Assembly: GCA_963767925.1 (NCBI GenBank) | Contig: CAVYGB010000008.1 | Span: 1,792,001 to 1,856,000 of the forward strand | DNA length: 64,000 nt | Direction of reading: 5' to 3' | Source of the DNA: an uncultured delta proteobacterium | Lineage (GTDB): Bacteria; Myxococcota_A; Polyangia; Fen-1088 | Position numbers and translations under genes: made by a program | The notes under the pieces: generated by a model | The model's input: only the letters and a program-made list of their open reading frames with translations | Databases searched by the model: none | What the model was told of the DNA's origin: nothing | Part shown: positions 28,260-37,421 of the stretch, piece after piece | Numbering within the stretch: the first letter of the stretch is position 1 | Layout of the letters: every line of letters begins with the position of its first letter

Positions 28260-28685
28260 ATGCGAAATAGCCCAGCGGATCCCACCGGAAAGCCCTCCTC
28301 TGACCCCTCGGATCCCGCTGCGGCGGCCGGTGCCCGCGACCAGCGCCAGCATCTCCGCTTCGACAAGGTCTTCCCGGTGCGGATCGAATCGGTCCTCTTC
28401 GGGGAGATGTCCTGCGTGGCGCGCAACGTGTCCGCCGGCGGCATCTTCCTCGAGACCTCCGACCTGCTGCCCATGGGGGCCCGGGTTCGGGTCTGCTTTC
28501 TCACGCCCAACGAGTCGGCGGAGATCGTCGCGGTCGGCGACGTGAAGAACCACTATTTCATCAACTACGCGCAAAAGGGGGCGGCCCGCTCGATCGCCGG
28601 CATGGCGATCCGGTTCGTCTCGTTCGAGCTCGAGGGCCAGCAGATCCTGCGCGAGTGCCTGGACCGCTTCCGGGTCCTGCACTGA
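28260..28685 (+). CDS. PilZ domain protein
   Basis: RQHLR (RxxxR), NVSAGG (N/DxSxxG), GMAIRF. Confidence 0.85.
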   Translation: MRNSPADPTGKPSSDPSDPAAAAGARDQRQHLRFDKVFPVRIESVLFGEMSCVARNVSAGGIFLETSDLLPMGARVRVCFLTPNESAEIVAVGDVKNHYFINYAQKGAARSIAGMAIRFVSFELEGQQILRECLDRFRVLH

Positions 28686-28698
28686 GCCGGGGGTCGCC

Positions 28699-30198
28699 TC
28701 ATTCGTCGAGCCAGGAACGGACCGCCACCGCCTCGTTGAGCGAGACGGTGCTTCCCGGTTCGATGGGCACCTCCACCTCGCGGGGACCTCGCACGATGGC
28801 CATGCCCCGGATGCCGGCCTTGATGCCGAGCCGGTATCGGCCGGGCAGCACCCCGGTCAGCAAGAAAGCGCCCCGCTGGTCGACCTTCGCCACCGGGCTG
28901 CGCGGGAAGGACAGGGGCGAGCGGCTGATGAGCTCGACGCTGATCTCGGCCGGCGGGCCCGCCGACTCGAGGCTGACCCGCCCCGCCACCCGCGAGCCCC
29001 GGTGGGACAGCGCCATGCGGACCTCCACCACGTGGCTGTCGCTCAGCTCGATCCGGCTGGGCGGGTAGGCCAGCATGTCGCCCCGCCGGGCCCACAGGTA
29101 GTAAGTGCCGGCCACGAAGCGATCCTCGGCAAAGCGCCCCTCGGCGTCGGTGGTCCAGAAGATGGGCGGGTTGGGCAAGGCCGGCGCGCTGGCCAGCACC
29201 GCCGCGACGGTGGCGCTGGGCTCGGGCTCGCCGCTGGCGTCGATCACCGCCCCCCGGATGACGTATCCCTGGGCCAGCTTGAGCAGCACCCGCTGGGCCG
29301 GCGCGGCCACCGCCGAGCCGACCGCCAGCGGCCGCCAGCCGAACTTCGAGGCGTTGAGCAGATAACGCCGGGATTCCAGGCCGCCGAGCACGTAAGCCCC
29401 GTCATCACCCGAGGTCACCTCGGCCACCTGGATGGCATCTCCCGGGGTGCGCACGGCGCTCACCGTCACGCCCGGCACCCCCAGGCCGGTCGCCAGATCG
29501 ACGACCCGGCCCCGGATGGATTGTTCGGGCGGCAGCCGGAAGACGCGGCCGGTGCCCGCCCCCGCCGCGGGGCGGTCGAGACGTTCGCCCGGGATCCGAT
29601 CGGCGATGGCGGTCGAGCGACCGGGATAGCTGACCCGCACCGAATACGACCAGCGCCCGCTGCGCAGAGGCACCCGGAACCCGCCGTCCTTGCCGGTAGC
29701 CTCCTCGAGCAGGGGGACGAGCCCGGCCTCGGCGCCCCAGGTCACCCACACCTGGACGCGTGCCCCCTCGATGCGGCGGCCGGTCTCGTCGACAACCCGC
29801 CCGGCGATGACCCCCTCGGGCCGGTCGGCCGTGCGCAGGTTGAACAGGCGCTGTCTGAACTCCAGCTCCGAGTCGACGAGACACCCCTTCGTCGATGACC
29901 AGGGCAACGCGCAGGCGGGCGTGACCGCCGAGCAGAACTCCACACAGCTCTCCTCGTCCTGCGGGTCGCAGAGCAGCGGGCGCGACTGATCCGCCTCCAG
30001 GAAAGGCGCCTGGTCCTCGCGGCCGGCGCAAAAGACGCAGGCGTCCGGCACCTCGACGCAGATCACGGGCCCGGCCGCGTAGCTGGGGGTGCTGGCGTCG
30101 GGCGGGGCCTGGGGCGCCGGTGATCGCCGGCAGGACAGCGTCCCGGCGACCGCGGCGAGCGCGCCCAGGACGAGTCCCATCCGGCCGGGGTGGACCAT
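28699..30198 (-). CDS. Lipoprotein with Cys-rich N-terminus and carboxypeptidase-regulatory-like (Ig/transthyretin-like) repeats
   Basis: Lipobox TLSC and repeated I.GRVVD..G..V.GA.V ... T..DG.F/Y units. Confidence 0.8.
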   Translation of the reverse strand: MVHPGRMGLVLGALAAVAGTLSCRRSPAPQAPPDASTPSYAAGPVICVEVPDACVFCAGREDQAPFLEADQSRPLLCDPQDEESCVEFCSAVTPACALPWSSTKGCLVDSELEFRQRLFNLRTADRPEGVIAGRVVDETGRRIEGARVQVWVTWGAEAGLVPLLEEATGKDGGFRVPLRSGRWSYSVRVSYPGRSTAIADRIPGERLDRPAAGAGTGRVFRLPPEQSIRGRVVDLATGLGVPGVTVSAVRTPGDAIQVAEVTSGDDGAYVLGGLESRRYLLNASKFGWRPLAVGSAVAAPAQRVLLKLAQGYVIRGAVIDASGEPEPSATVAAVLASAPALPNPPIFWTTDAEGRFAEDRFVAGTYYLWARRGDMLAYPPSRIELSDSHVVEVRMALSHRGSRVAGRVSLESAGPPAEISVELISRSPLSFPRSPVAKVDQRGAFLLTGVLPGRYRLGIKAGIRGMAIVRGPREVEVPIEPGSTVSLNEAVAVRSWLDE

Positions 30199-30297
30199 CG
30201 TTCCTCGTTGTAACCGATCGGGGCCGGCGCCGCACATCTGGGCTCGCGCCGGGGTATGAAGGGAAAATCTCCACGAAATGAGGCAGGATAGCTGCCC

Positions 30298-31128
30298 GTG
30301 CGCATCCGGTTGACCCACCAGCTCGCTTACCCGCTCGAGGGCGCCGACGCCGGCGCGGGCGACGCCGTCGGGTGCGAGGAGTCCGGGTCCCCGGAGCGCG
30401 CGGGACCCAGGTACTTCGTCCCCGGCCGGCTCCCCTGCGGGGCCTGCGGCCTGTGCCGCCGGGGCCTGGCCGCGGCGTGCCCGGCAGCCGTGGTCGTCCA
30501 GCCCGGAGGACCGTCCCCCGCCGAAACGGCTGCGCTCGAGCTGCCCGATCGGTTCCTCACCCCGCTGGACGACCCCGCCGTGTCCTTGCCCCAGCCAATC
30601 CCCTCCGAGCTGGCTGCGGGCGCCGGGCTGGTGGCGCTGATCATCCAGGCGGCGGCAGCGGCCAACCTCACCGCCGGGGACGTGGCCGTCTGGCTGGGCG
30701 GCGGCCCCCTGGCGGAGGTCGGCGCCCAGCTCACCGCCGGTCGCGGCGCCCGCACCCTGGCGCTCAGCGAGCCGGCGCCCTCGCCCAGCTTCGAGCGATG
30801 CGCCTCGGTCTCCGATCTGCTGGATCGGCTCGAGCGGCAGCCGACCCTCGAGGGGGCGGCTCATCAGCGCAGCACGCGCCGGGTGTTCCTGACCCGGACC
30901 GAGGCCGCCACCATCGAGGCCGCCGGGCGGATCGCCGACGTGGGCGCCGTCCTCGTCTCGATCGGGCGGGGGCCGGCCCACCTGACCGGTCTCGGCCTGC
31001 CGTCCGAGGCGCGCCTGACCCGGGTGTCGGGCTATCACCCCGACCTGGTGCCGGAGGCCCTGGCGCTCCTGCGCCGGGGTGAGCTCAACCTGCCCGCGGC
31101 CCGGGCCTGGCCACGCGACCGCGGCTGA
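30298..31128 (+). CDS. Degenerate zinc-dependent alcohol dehydrogenase (MDR)-like protein
   Basis: Structural Zn motif PCGACGLCRRGLAAAC, GDVAVWLGGG, C-terminal GYHPDLVPEALALL. The catalytic C..GHE region is absent. Confidence 0.65.
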   Translation: MRIRLTHQLAYPLEGADAGAGDAVGCEESGSPERAGPRYFVPGRLPCGACGLCRRGLAAACPAAVVVQPGGPSPAETAALELPDRFLTPLDDPAVSLPQPIPSELAAGAGLVALIIQAAAAANLTAGDVAVWLGGGPLAEVGAQLTAGRGARTLALSEPAPSPSFERCASVSDLLDRLERQPTLEGAAHQRSTRRVFLTRTEAATIEAAGRIADVGAVLVSIGRGPAHLTGLGLPSEARLTRVSGYHPDLVPEALALLRRGELNLPAARAWPRDRG

Positions 31129-31144
31129 CGCCCGGGAGAGGCGT

Positions 31145-33331
31145 TCAGCGCCGGTTGCGGCGATCGGCGGCCCGGCGACGGCTGGCGCGCTTTTCGGCGG
31201 CTTCGCCCCGCTTCGCCGCTACCGACCGACCCTCTGGCCGGGCGTCGCGCACGGCCGCTTCGGTGGGCCGGCCCTTGGTGGTGACGGCCCGCCCGGCCGT
31301 CGTCCCGGCTGGCTGCACGGGCGGCGCGCCCGGCGGAGGGGGCGCGGGGACGGCGCGGGCGGCCGGGGCAGTGGCCGGCGGCAGCGAGGGTCGATCGCGC
31401 ATCATCCACAACACCGCGCCGACGATGGCCACCACGACGACGCCGACCACCGCGACGATGATCGCGCGCCGGGCCCCGGACACCTCCCGGATGACATCGC
31501 GTTCGGTCATCGACTCGCCCGGCAACGCCGCCGCCGGTCGAACCGCGGGCATGGCGGCCGCGGTTCCTCCGGTGCGCAAGGAGAACTTCTTCCGGTCCTC
31601 GGCGGTGACCGTTCCGTCGTCGACGTAGCGGTCCTCCATGGCCTTCACGTCCTCGGCCGGCACCTCCGGCTCGGGCTCGGGCTCGCCTTCGGGCTTGCTC
31701 CCCTGGGCGGCCATCTTGGCGCGGGCCTCGGCGATCATATGCTCGACGTCGCCCTTCTTGAACCAGAGGGTCTCCCGGAAGGCGGACCCTTTGCTCCCCT
31801 TGTCGGCGCCGCCGGTGGCGCTGGGCAACACCGCCGCCTCCCGGGTCTCGGGCATGGCGACCGCGGTGGCCGCGGTGCTGACCGCCGCCGCGGCGCCTGG
31901 GTTGGCCGCGGCGCCGATCGTCACCGGAATGACGGGGGCGCGGGGTGGCGGGAAGGGCGTCGTGGGCGGGGGCGTGAGCCGGGCCATGCGGTCGCTGAAC
32001 TCATCGACGGCCGGCGAACCGTTGCCGTGGGGCGCCGAACCATTTGCCACGGCTGCGACGGGGGCCGCCGCGGCGACCCGCGGCGCGGCGGCCGGCTCGT
32101 CGGCCGGCGCCGGCGCGGCGGCGACCGGACCGGGCGCCTTTGCGGAGGCGACGGCCGGCGTCGAGACCGGAGAGGGCGCCCGGACGGCCACCGCGGCCTG
32201 GGCGGCCTGCGCCGTCTGCACCGCCGTGGGCCGGGCCGGAGCGGCAGCGGGCGGGCTGACGGCCGCGGCAGGCGCGGCGGGCGTCACCGGGACACCTCGC
32301 GGCGGCGAGCCGGTGCGGGCCGCGATGGCCTTGGCCACCAGGTTCGCCACCTCGGCCTGACCGCCCGCGAACAGCATGGTTCGAGCAAATCCGACGCCGG
32401 CGTCCTTGGACGCGGCTGGCTGCGCCCCCGGCGCGGCGACCAGCGCTTCGACCTCCGAGAGGAAGAGACGCAAGGTGAGGTGCCGCCGGCTCGAGCTCTT
32501 GTCCAGGGCCTTGAGGACGACCCGGTCGACATCGGGGGTCAGCGCGGCCTCGGGACGGCGCTGGCTGGGCGCGAGCGGCGGGCTGCCAAGATGCAGCTCG
32601 AGGACGGTCTCGGGCGTTCCCTGGAAAGGCGGCTCACCGGTGACCAGGTGATAAAAGACCGCAGCCAGGCTGTAAGTGTTGGACCGCTGATCGACCGGCT
32701 TGCCCTGGATCTGCTCGGGCGACAGGTAGGCCGCAACCCCGGCTGCGCGCTCGTTGATCGGCTTGGCCAGGGGGAAGTTGATGACCTTGACGTCTCCGCT
32801 CGGCCCCACGAGGACATTTTTGGGGGCCACGTCCCGGTGAACGATGCCGGCCTTCTGGGCCTCGAGCAGCGCCTGTCCAATCTGGAGGATGACGCCCTTG
32901 GCCCGCTCGAATGGCATCGCGCCGGCGCGGAGCTGGTGCTCGAGGGACTCCCCCTCGCACAGCTCCATCGCGACGAACAGGCGATCGTCGGCCGCCTTGC
33001 CACACTCGACGATGGTTGCGATCTTGGGGCTGGACACCCGCATGAGCTGGCGGTACTCGCGCTCGGCGCGGCCCAGCGCGGCCGGGTTCGGCAGCACGTC
33101 CGAGCTCACGACCTTGTAGGCGACGTCGGCGCCACCCTGGGAGTCGGTGGCGCGGAAGACCTGCCCGGTGCTTTTGCCCCCGAGGCGGGCTCCCGCCTGG
33201 AAACGGGAACGCGTCTCGGCGGCGACCACGGCCTGCAGGCGCTGAGGGCCCGACGGAGTCGCGCAGGTCTCCTGGGGACAGAAATTGGCGTCGTCGGGAT
33301 ACGTGCTCTTGCAGGTTGGGCAGAGTTTCAT
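31145..33331 (-). CDS. Eukaryote-like Ser/Thr kinase-fold membrane protein, probable pseudokinase
   Basis: N-terminal CPTC..FCP zinc ribbon, VAYKVV, AMELCEG, HRDVAPKN, YLSPEQ, VDQRSNTYSL, TGEPPF, long Ala/Pro linker, C-terminal TM. Confidence 0.9.
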   Translation of the reverse strand: MKLCPTCKSTYPDDANFCPQETCATPSGPQRLQAVVAAETRSRFQAGARLGGKSTGQVFRATDSQGGADVAYKVVSSDVLPNPAALGRAEREYRQLMRVSSPKIATIVECGKAADDRLFVAMELCEGESLEHQLRAGAMPFERAKGVILQIGQALLEAQKAGIVHRDVAPKNVLVGPSGDVKVINFPLAKPINERAAGVAAYLSPEQIQGKPVDQRSNTYSLAAVFYHLVTGEPPFQGTPETVLELHLGSPPLAPSQRRPEAALTPDVDRVVLKALDKSSSRRHLTLRLFLSEVEALVAAPGAQPAASKDAGVGFARTMLFAGGQAEVANLVAKAIAARTGSPPRGVPVTPAAPAAAVSPPAAAPARPTAVQTAQAAQAAVAVRAPSPVSTPAVASAKAPGPVAAAPAPADEPAAAPRVAAAAPVAAVANGSAPHGNGSPAVDEFSDRMARLTPPPTTPFPPPRAPVIPVTIGAAANPGAAAAVSTAATAVAMPETREAAVLPSATGGADKGSKGSAFRETLWFKKGDVEHMIAEARAKMAAQGSKPEGEPEPEPEVPAEDVKAMEDRYVDDGTVTAEDRKKFSLRTGGTAAAMPAVRPAAALPGESMTERDVIREVSGARRAIIVAVVGVVVVAIVGAVLWMMRDRPSLPPATAPAARAVPAPPPPGAPPVQPAGTTAGRAVTTKGRPTEAAVRDARPEGRSVAAKRGEAAEKRASRRRAADRRNRR

Positions 33332-33529
33332 CGGGCTCCCGGTCTATCGAGAACGCTCCCGACCACCCGACCGTCCGGGTCCACGGGGCACTTCGATCTT
33401 AGGCGCGCCATAGACCGAAAGCAACGGCCCGTCCGCGACCGGACAGGGGCGTACCTCCGGCGTCTATCCGGGACCGGCGCGCGGTCGGGGCCGCACGTTC
33501 ACCCTCAAGCACCTACGTGAGCAGGGCAG

Positions 33530-33694
33530 CTACTTGCGGGCGGGCTGCGCAGGCTGCCCTGGCTCGCCCATTCCGGCAAACAGCTCGGCCGCCGAAGGCG
33601 TCGAGTGTCGGCTCTCCTGGTTCTTCCGTTTGCGCCCAGCTTTTGCCTTCCGGGCCAGGCGGCGTTTCCAGGTCTCTCGCGTGTTCGAAGCCAT
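33530..33694 (-). CDS. Small basic protein, 54 aa (below the ORF-track cutoff)
   Basis: Hand translation from ATG to TAG: MASNTRETWKRRLARKAKAGRKRKNQESRHSTPSAAELFAGMGEPGQPAQPARK. Co-oriented, 48 bp downstream of rel. Confidence 0.7.
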   Translation of the reverse strand: MASNTRETWKRRLARKAKAGRKRKNQESRHSTPSAAELFAGMGEPGQPAQPARK

Positions 33695-33742
33695 GAGGAA
33701 GCGGTCATTTACCAGGCCCCACCCCGCCGGTCAACCCGGCGC

Positions 33743-35905
33743 TCACATGCGGACGACCGAGAGGACCCCGTCGAGCGCCTGCAGGGAGCGGATCACGGAC
33801 TTGAGCTGGTCGACGTGCCCGACCATCACGTGGAAGGTGTTTATCCCACGTCGGTCCTCGGTCGTCCGACACTTGGCCTGCGAGATGTTCACCCCGTGGT
33901 CAGTGAAGCACTTGGAGATGGAGGCGAGGATGCCTGGCCGGTCGGTGCTGATGATCTCGAGCGCCACCGGCCGGGGGACCTGCGCCCCCTCGTCCCAGGA
34001 GACCTCCACCCGGCGGGCGGGGTCCAGATCCAGCGCCTTCCGGCACTCGCGGGTGTGAACGATGACCCCCCGCCGCACGCTGATGAAGGCCACGATGTCG
34101 TCGCCCGGCACCGGGTTGCAGCACTTGGCGAACTTGACGACGATGTCCGCCTCGCCCTGCACCCGCACGCCCCCCACCAATTTTCTGACCGGGCGCCGGT
34201 GCAGCCCCGTGTTCTCGCTGGGGGTGGCCAGGGGCACCCCGTCGCTGGGGGCCTCCCCGCCACGCTGCGGGTAGATCGCCTCGGCCGCGCTCGCTGGCGT
34301 GATCTTGCCGTAGCCGACCAGCACCAGGAGGTCGTCCGCCGAGCCGGCCCGCAGGCGCTGGGCAGCCGGCTCGAGCAGGCCGTCTTTCTCGGCCTGGGTC
34401 AGGGAACGGCTGCGCTCGCGCATCTCCTTGGCCAGCAGGTCGCGACCGTAGCGCCTGCTGCGGTCACGCTGCTCCATCCGCAGGAAATGGCGGATGCGCG
34501 TCCGGGCCCGGCTGGTGACGACGAACTTGAGCCAGTCCTTGGAAGGCTTCTGGCTCGTCGAGGTCAGGATCTCGATGGTGTCGCCATTGCGCAGGACGTA
34601 ACGGAGGGGGACGATGATGCCGTTGACCCGCGATCCCGAGCAGTGGGCGCCGATCTTGGAGTGAACCGCATAGGCGAAGTCGATCGGCGTGGCCCCCTTG
34701 GGCAGGGACTTGACGTCCCCCTTGGGGGTGAAGACGAAGACCTCCTCCTCGAACAGGTCGATCTTGACGGTCTCGAGGAACTCGGTCGGATCCTTGAGGT
34801 CCCGCTGCCACTCCATGAGCTGGTGGAGCCAGGCGAAGGCCTTGCTGTCGGAGCCGGTGAGGGGGCGGTTCTCCTTGTAGCGCCAGTGGGCCGCGATCCC
34901 GTGTTCGGCGGTGTGGTGCATCTCGGCGGTGCGGATCTGCACCTCCATGCGGTCGGCGTTGGGGCCGATCACGGTGGTGTGCAGGGATTGGTACAGGTTG
35001 GGTTTGGGCAGCGCGATGAAGTCCTTGAAGCGGCCCGGCACCGGCGTCCAGTGAGAGTGAACCACCCCCAGGGCGGCGTAGCAGTCGCGGACCGATCCGA
35101 CGAGCACGCGAAAGGCGATGACGTCGTGGATCTGCTCGAACTCCCGCCCGGTCTTTTTCATCTTCTGCTGGATCGACCAGAGGTGTTTGGCCCGGCCGGT
35201 GACCGTGGCCTCGACCTCCGCGGTCCGCATGGCCTCCCGGAGCTTGTCGCAGGTCTCCCCGATGTACCGCTCGCGCACCGCCTCGGTGTCGCGCATGCGG
35301 ACCACCAGCGCCCGGTAGTCCTCCGGTTCGAGGTACTGGAAGCTGAGATCCTCCAGCTCGGCCTTCATCCACTGGATGCCCAGCCGGTTGGCCATGGGCG
35401 CGTAGATCTCGCGGGTCTCCCGGGCGATCCGCTCCTGCTTGTCCCGGGGCATGTGCTCGAGGGTCCGCATGTTGTCCACGCGGTCGGCCAGCTTGATGAG
35501 GATGACCCGGATGTCCCGGGCCATCGCCAGCAGCATCTTGCGGAAGTTCTCGGCCTGCTTCTCCTCCCGGGTGTGCCAGGCGATCTGGCCGAGCTTGGTG
35601 ACACCGTCGACGAGCATCTGGATCTCGGGACCGAAGAGTCGCCCGATGTCCTCGGCGGTGGCGCTGGTGTCCTCGACGCAGTCGTGCAACAGCCCGGCGC
35701 AGACCGAGGGCACGTCGAGCTTCAGGTCGGCGATCAGCTTGGCCACCCCCAGGGGATGGACCACGTAGGGCTCGCCGGATCGCCGGAGCTGACCAGCGTG
35801 CCGTTCGGCCGCGAACTCGTAGCTACGTCGCACCAGGCCCAGGTCGGCGGTCGGATCATGACCGCGAACCGCATCGAGTACCGGAGCGACGTCAGTAAAT
35901 GCCAC
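33743..35905 (-). CDS. rel: Bifunctional (p)ppGpp synthetase/hydrolase, long RSH
   Basis: HAGQLRRSGEPY, LLHDCVEDT (HD), KLADRVDNMRTL, RFKD, YQSLHT, EVQIRT, TGS (VFTPKG..DFAYAVH), CCNPVPGD, ACT (DRPGILASI). Confidence 0.97.
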   Translation of the reverse strand: MAFTDVAPVLDAVRGHDPTADLGLVRRSYEFAAERHAGQLRRSGEPYVVHPLGVAKLIADLKLDVPSVCAGLLHDCVEDTSATAEDIGRLFGPEIQMLVDGVTKLGQIAWHTREEKQAENFRKMLLAMARDIRVILIKLADRVDNMRTLEHMPRDKQERIARETREIYAPMANRLGIQWMKAELEDLSFQYLEPEDYRALVVRMRDTEAVRERYIGETCDKLREAMRTAEVEATVTGRAKHLWSIQQKMKKTGREFEQIHDVIAFRVLVGSVRDCYAALGVVHSHWTPVPGRFKDFIALPKPNLYQSLHTTVIGPNADRMEVQIRTAEMHHTAEHGIAAHWRYKENRPLTGSDSKAFAWLHQLMEWQRDLKDPTEFLETVKIDLFEEEVFVFTPKGDVKSLPKGATPIDFAYAVHSKIGAHCSGSRVNGIIVPLRYVLRNGDTIEILTSTSQKPSKDWLKFVVTSRARTRIRHFLRMEQRDRSRRYGRDLLAKEMRERSRSLTQAEKDGLLEPAAQRLRAGSADDLLVLVGYGKITPASAAEAIYPQRGGEAPSDGVPLATPSENTGLHRRPVRKLVGGVRVQGEADIVVKFAKCCNPVPGDDIVAFISVRRGVIVHTRECRKALDLDPARRVEVSWDEGAQVPRPVALEIISTDRPGILASISKCFTDHGVNISQAKCRTTEDRRGINTFHVMVGHVDQLKSVIRSLQALDGVLSVVRM

Positions 35906-35922
35906 TCCCGCTACACTCTACC

Positions 35923-36558
35923 TCAGCCGACGCGGGCCGCCACCTCGGCCAGCAGAACGCGGGCGTGGGCGGCGGCGCGGGGGCGGGTGCAGCGGGCGGC
36001 GATGTAGATCGAGCTCAGCTCGGAGAAGGCGGTCTCCAGGTCATCGTTGACCACCAGGTAGTCGTATTCGTCGTAGTGCCGCAGCTCCTCCTGGGCGGTA
36101 CGCAGGCGGCGTTCGATGACCTCGACGGAGTCGGTGGCTCGCTGGCGCAGGCGGCGCTCCAGCTCAAACAGCGAGGGGGGCAAGATGAAGACCAGCACGC
36201 TGTCCTGGGGCCACTGCCGGCGGATCTGGCGCCCCCCCTGGAAGTCGATGTCGAACAGGCAATCGACCCCCTGCTCGATGGCCCGGTTGACCGTGGCGAT
36301 GGAGGTGCCGTAGCGGTTCCCGTGCACCAGGGCGTGCTCGGCGAAGTCCCCGGCGGCGACCATGCGGTCGAACACCTCGTTGTCCACGAAGTGGTAGTCC
36401 GCGCCCTCCACCTCCCCGGGGCGGGGCCGGCGGGTCGTGTAGGAGACCGAAAAGCAGAGGTCGTGGGTGGCGGCCAGCCGGCGCGTGAGGGTGGTCTTCC
36501 CCGCGCCCGAAGGGGACGAGATGACCGTCAGGATTCCGCGCCTCGCGATGCTCATCAC
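35923..36558 (-). CDS. gmk: Guanylate kinase
   Basis: SSPSGAGKTT, SVSYTTRRPRPGEVEGADYHFV, VHGNRYGT, FILPPS, YDYLVVND. Confidence 0.97.
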   Translation of the reverse strand: MMSIARRGILTVISSPSGAGKTTLTRRLAATHDLCFSVSYTTRRPRPGEVEGADYHFVDNEVFDRMVAAGDFAEHALVHGNRYGTSIATVNRAIEQGVDCLFDIDFQGGRQIRRQWPQDSVLVFILPPSLFELERRLRQRATDSVEVIERRLRTAQEELRHYDEYDYLVVNDDLETAFSELSSIYIAARCTRPRAAAHARVLLAEVAARVG

Positions 36559-37421
36559 TCGATATTCTGCGCTTGCTCCCGGATCTTCTCCAACTCGGCC
36601 TTACCCTCGATCACCAGCGCCGACACCTCCACATCCTGCGCCTTGACCCCCAGGGTATTGAGCTCGCGCGCCAGCTCCTGTATCAGAAACTCGAGGGTTC
36701 GCCCAATGCTTTCCGTGGCCACAGCTCCGCTCAGCAGCGGGCCCAGGCGCGCGCGGTGACCGTCGAGCCGAGCCAGCTCCTCGCTGACGTCGAGGCGATC
36801 GGCCAGGAGCGCCACCTCCTGAGCCAGCCGCGCGGGGTCCACCACGCCGGCGCCGAGCGTCCGCATACGCTCTCGCAGGCGGGCCTCCGCCCGCTGGGCG
36901 AGGGGGGCCGCGTGGCGGTGCAGGTCGGCGACCACCCGGGCCAGCCGCTCGGCCCGGGTGCTCATGTCCTGGCCAACCGCCTCGCCCTCCCGCTCCCGCA
37001 TGGCCTGTAGCGCGACCAGCGCCTCCTGCACGGCGGGCCCTATCTCCTCCCAGGTCAGGGCGGTCGCCACCGGCTCCCGCTCCAGCCGCAGGAAGGCCGC
37101 CACCGTGCCCAGGTCGACCGGATCGGCCAGCCCCAGGCCGGTCCGGATCCCCTCGAGGCTGCGGTGCACCTCCCGGATGCGCTCCGGCGAGACCTGCGGG
37201 ATTCGCTCGGCGTTCTCCTCCTCGACCGACACCTGCACCGCCCCCCGGCGCAGCGCCGTGCGCACCGCCCGGATGATCTCTATCTCGCAGGCGGCGGCCA
37301 GGGCCCGACTGCGCAGCTTGACGTCGAGGGCCCGGTGGTTGACCGAGCGGATCTCCACCACCAGCCGCCGGCCGCCGCCCGAGAGGCAGGCCGCCCGTCC
37401 GAATCCGGTCATGCTCAACAT
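36555..37421 (-). CDS. yicC: YicC/YloC family endoribonuclease
   Basis: SMTGFG, EIRSVNHR, DVSEELARL, GRTLEFLIQEL.RELNTLG.K, ELEKIREQAQNIE. Confidence 0.95.
   Translation of the reverse strand: MLSMTGFGRAACLSGGGRRLVVEIRSVNHRALDVKLRSRALAAACEIEIIRAVRTALRRGAVQVSVEEENAERIPQVSPERIREVHRSLEGIRTGLGLADPVDLGTVAAFLRLEREPVATALTWEEIGPAVQEALVALQAMREREGEAVGQDMSTRAERLARVVADLHRHAAPLAQRAEARLRERMRTLGAGVVDPARLAQEVALLADRLDVSEELARLDGHRARLGPLLSGAVATESIGRTLEFLIQELARELNTLGVKAQDVEVSALVIEGKAELEKIREQAQNIE

Noticed and set aside
33340..33417. 8-bp inverted repeat CGGTCTAT...ATAGACCG in the kinase leader
   Set aside because: The arms are 62 nt apart and short, so chance cannot be excluded.
33605..36007. 800-aa + strand ORF opposite rel
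   Set aside because: Antisense shadow of a well-conserved gene. Long stop-free antisense frames are expected at this GC content, and it has no motifs.
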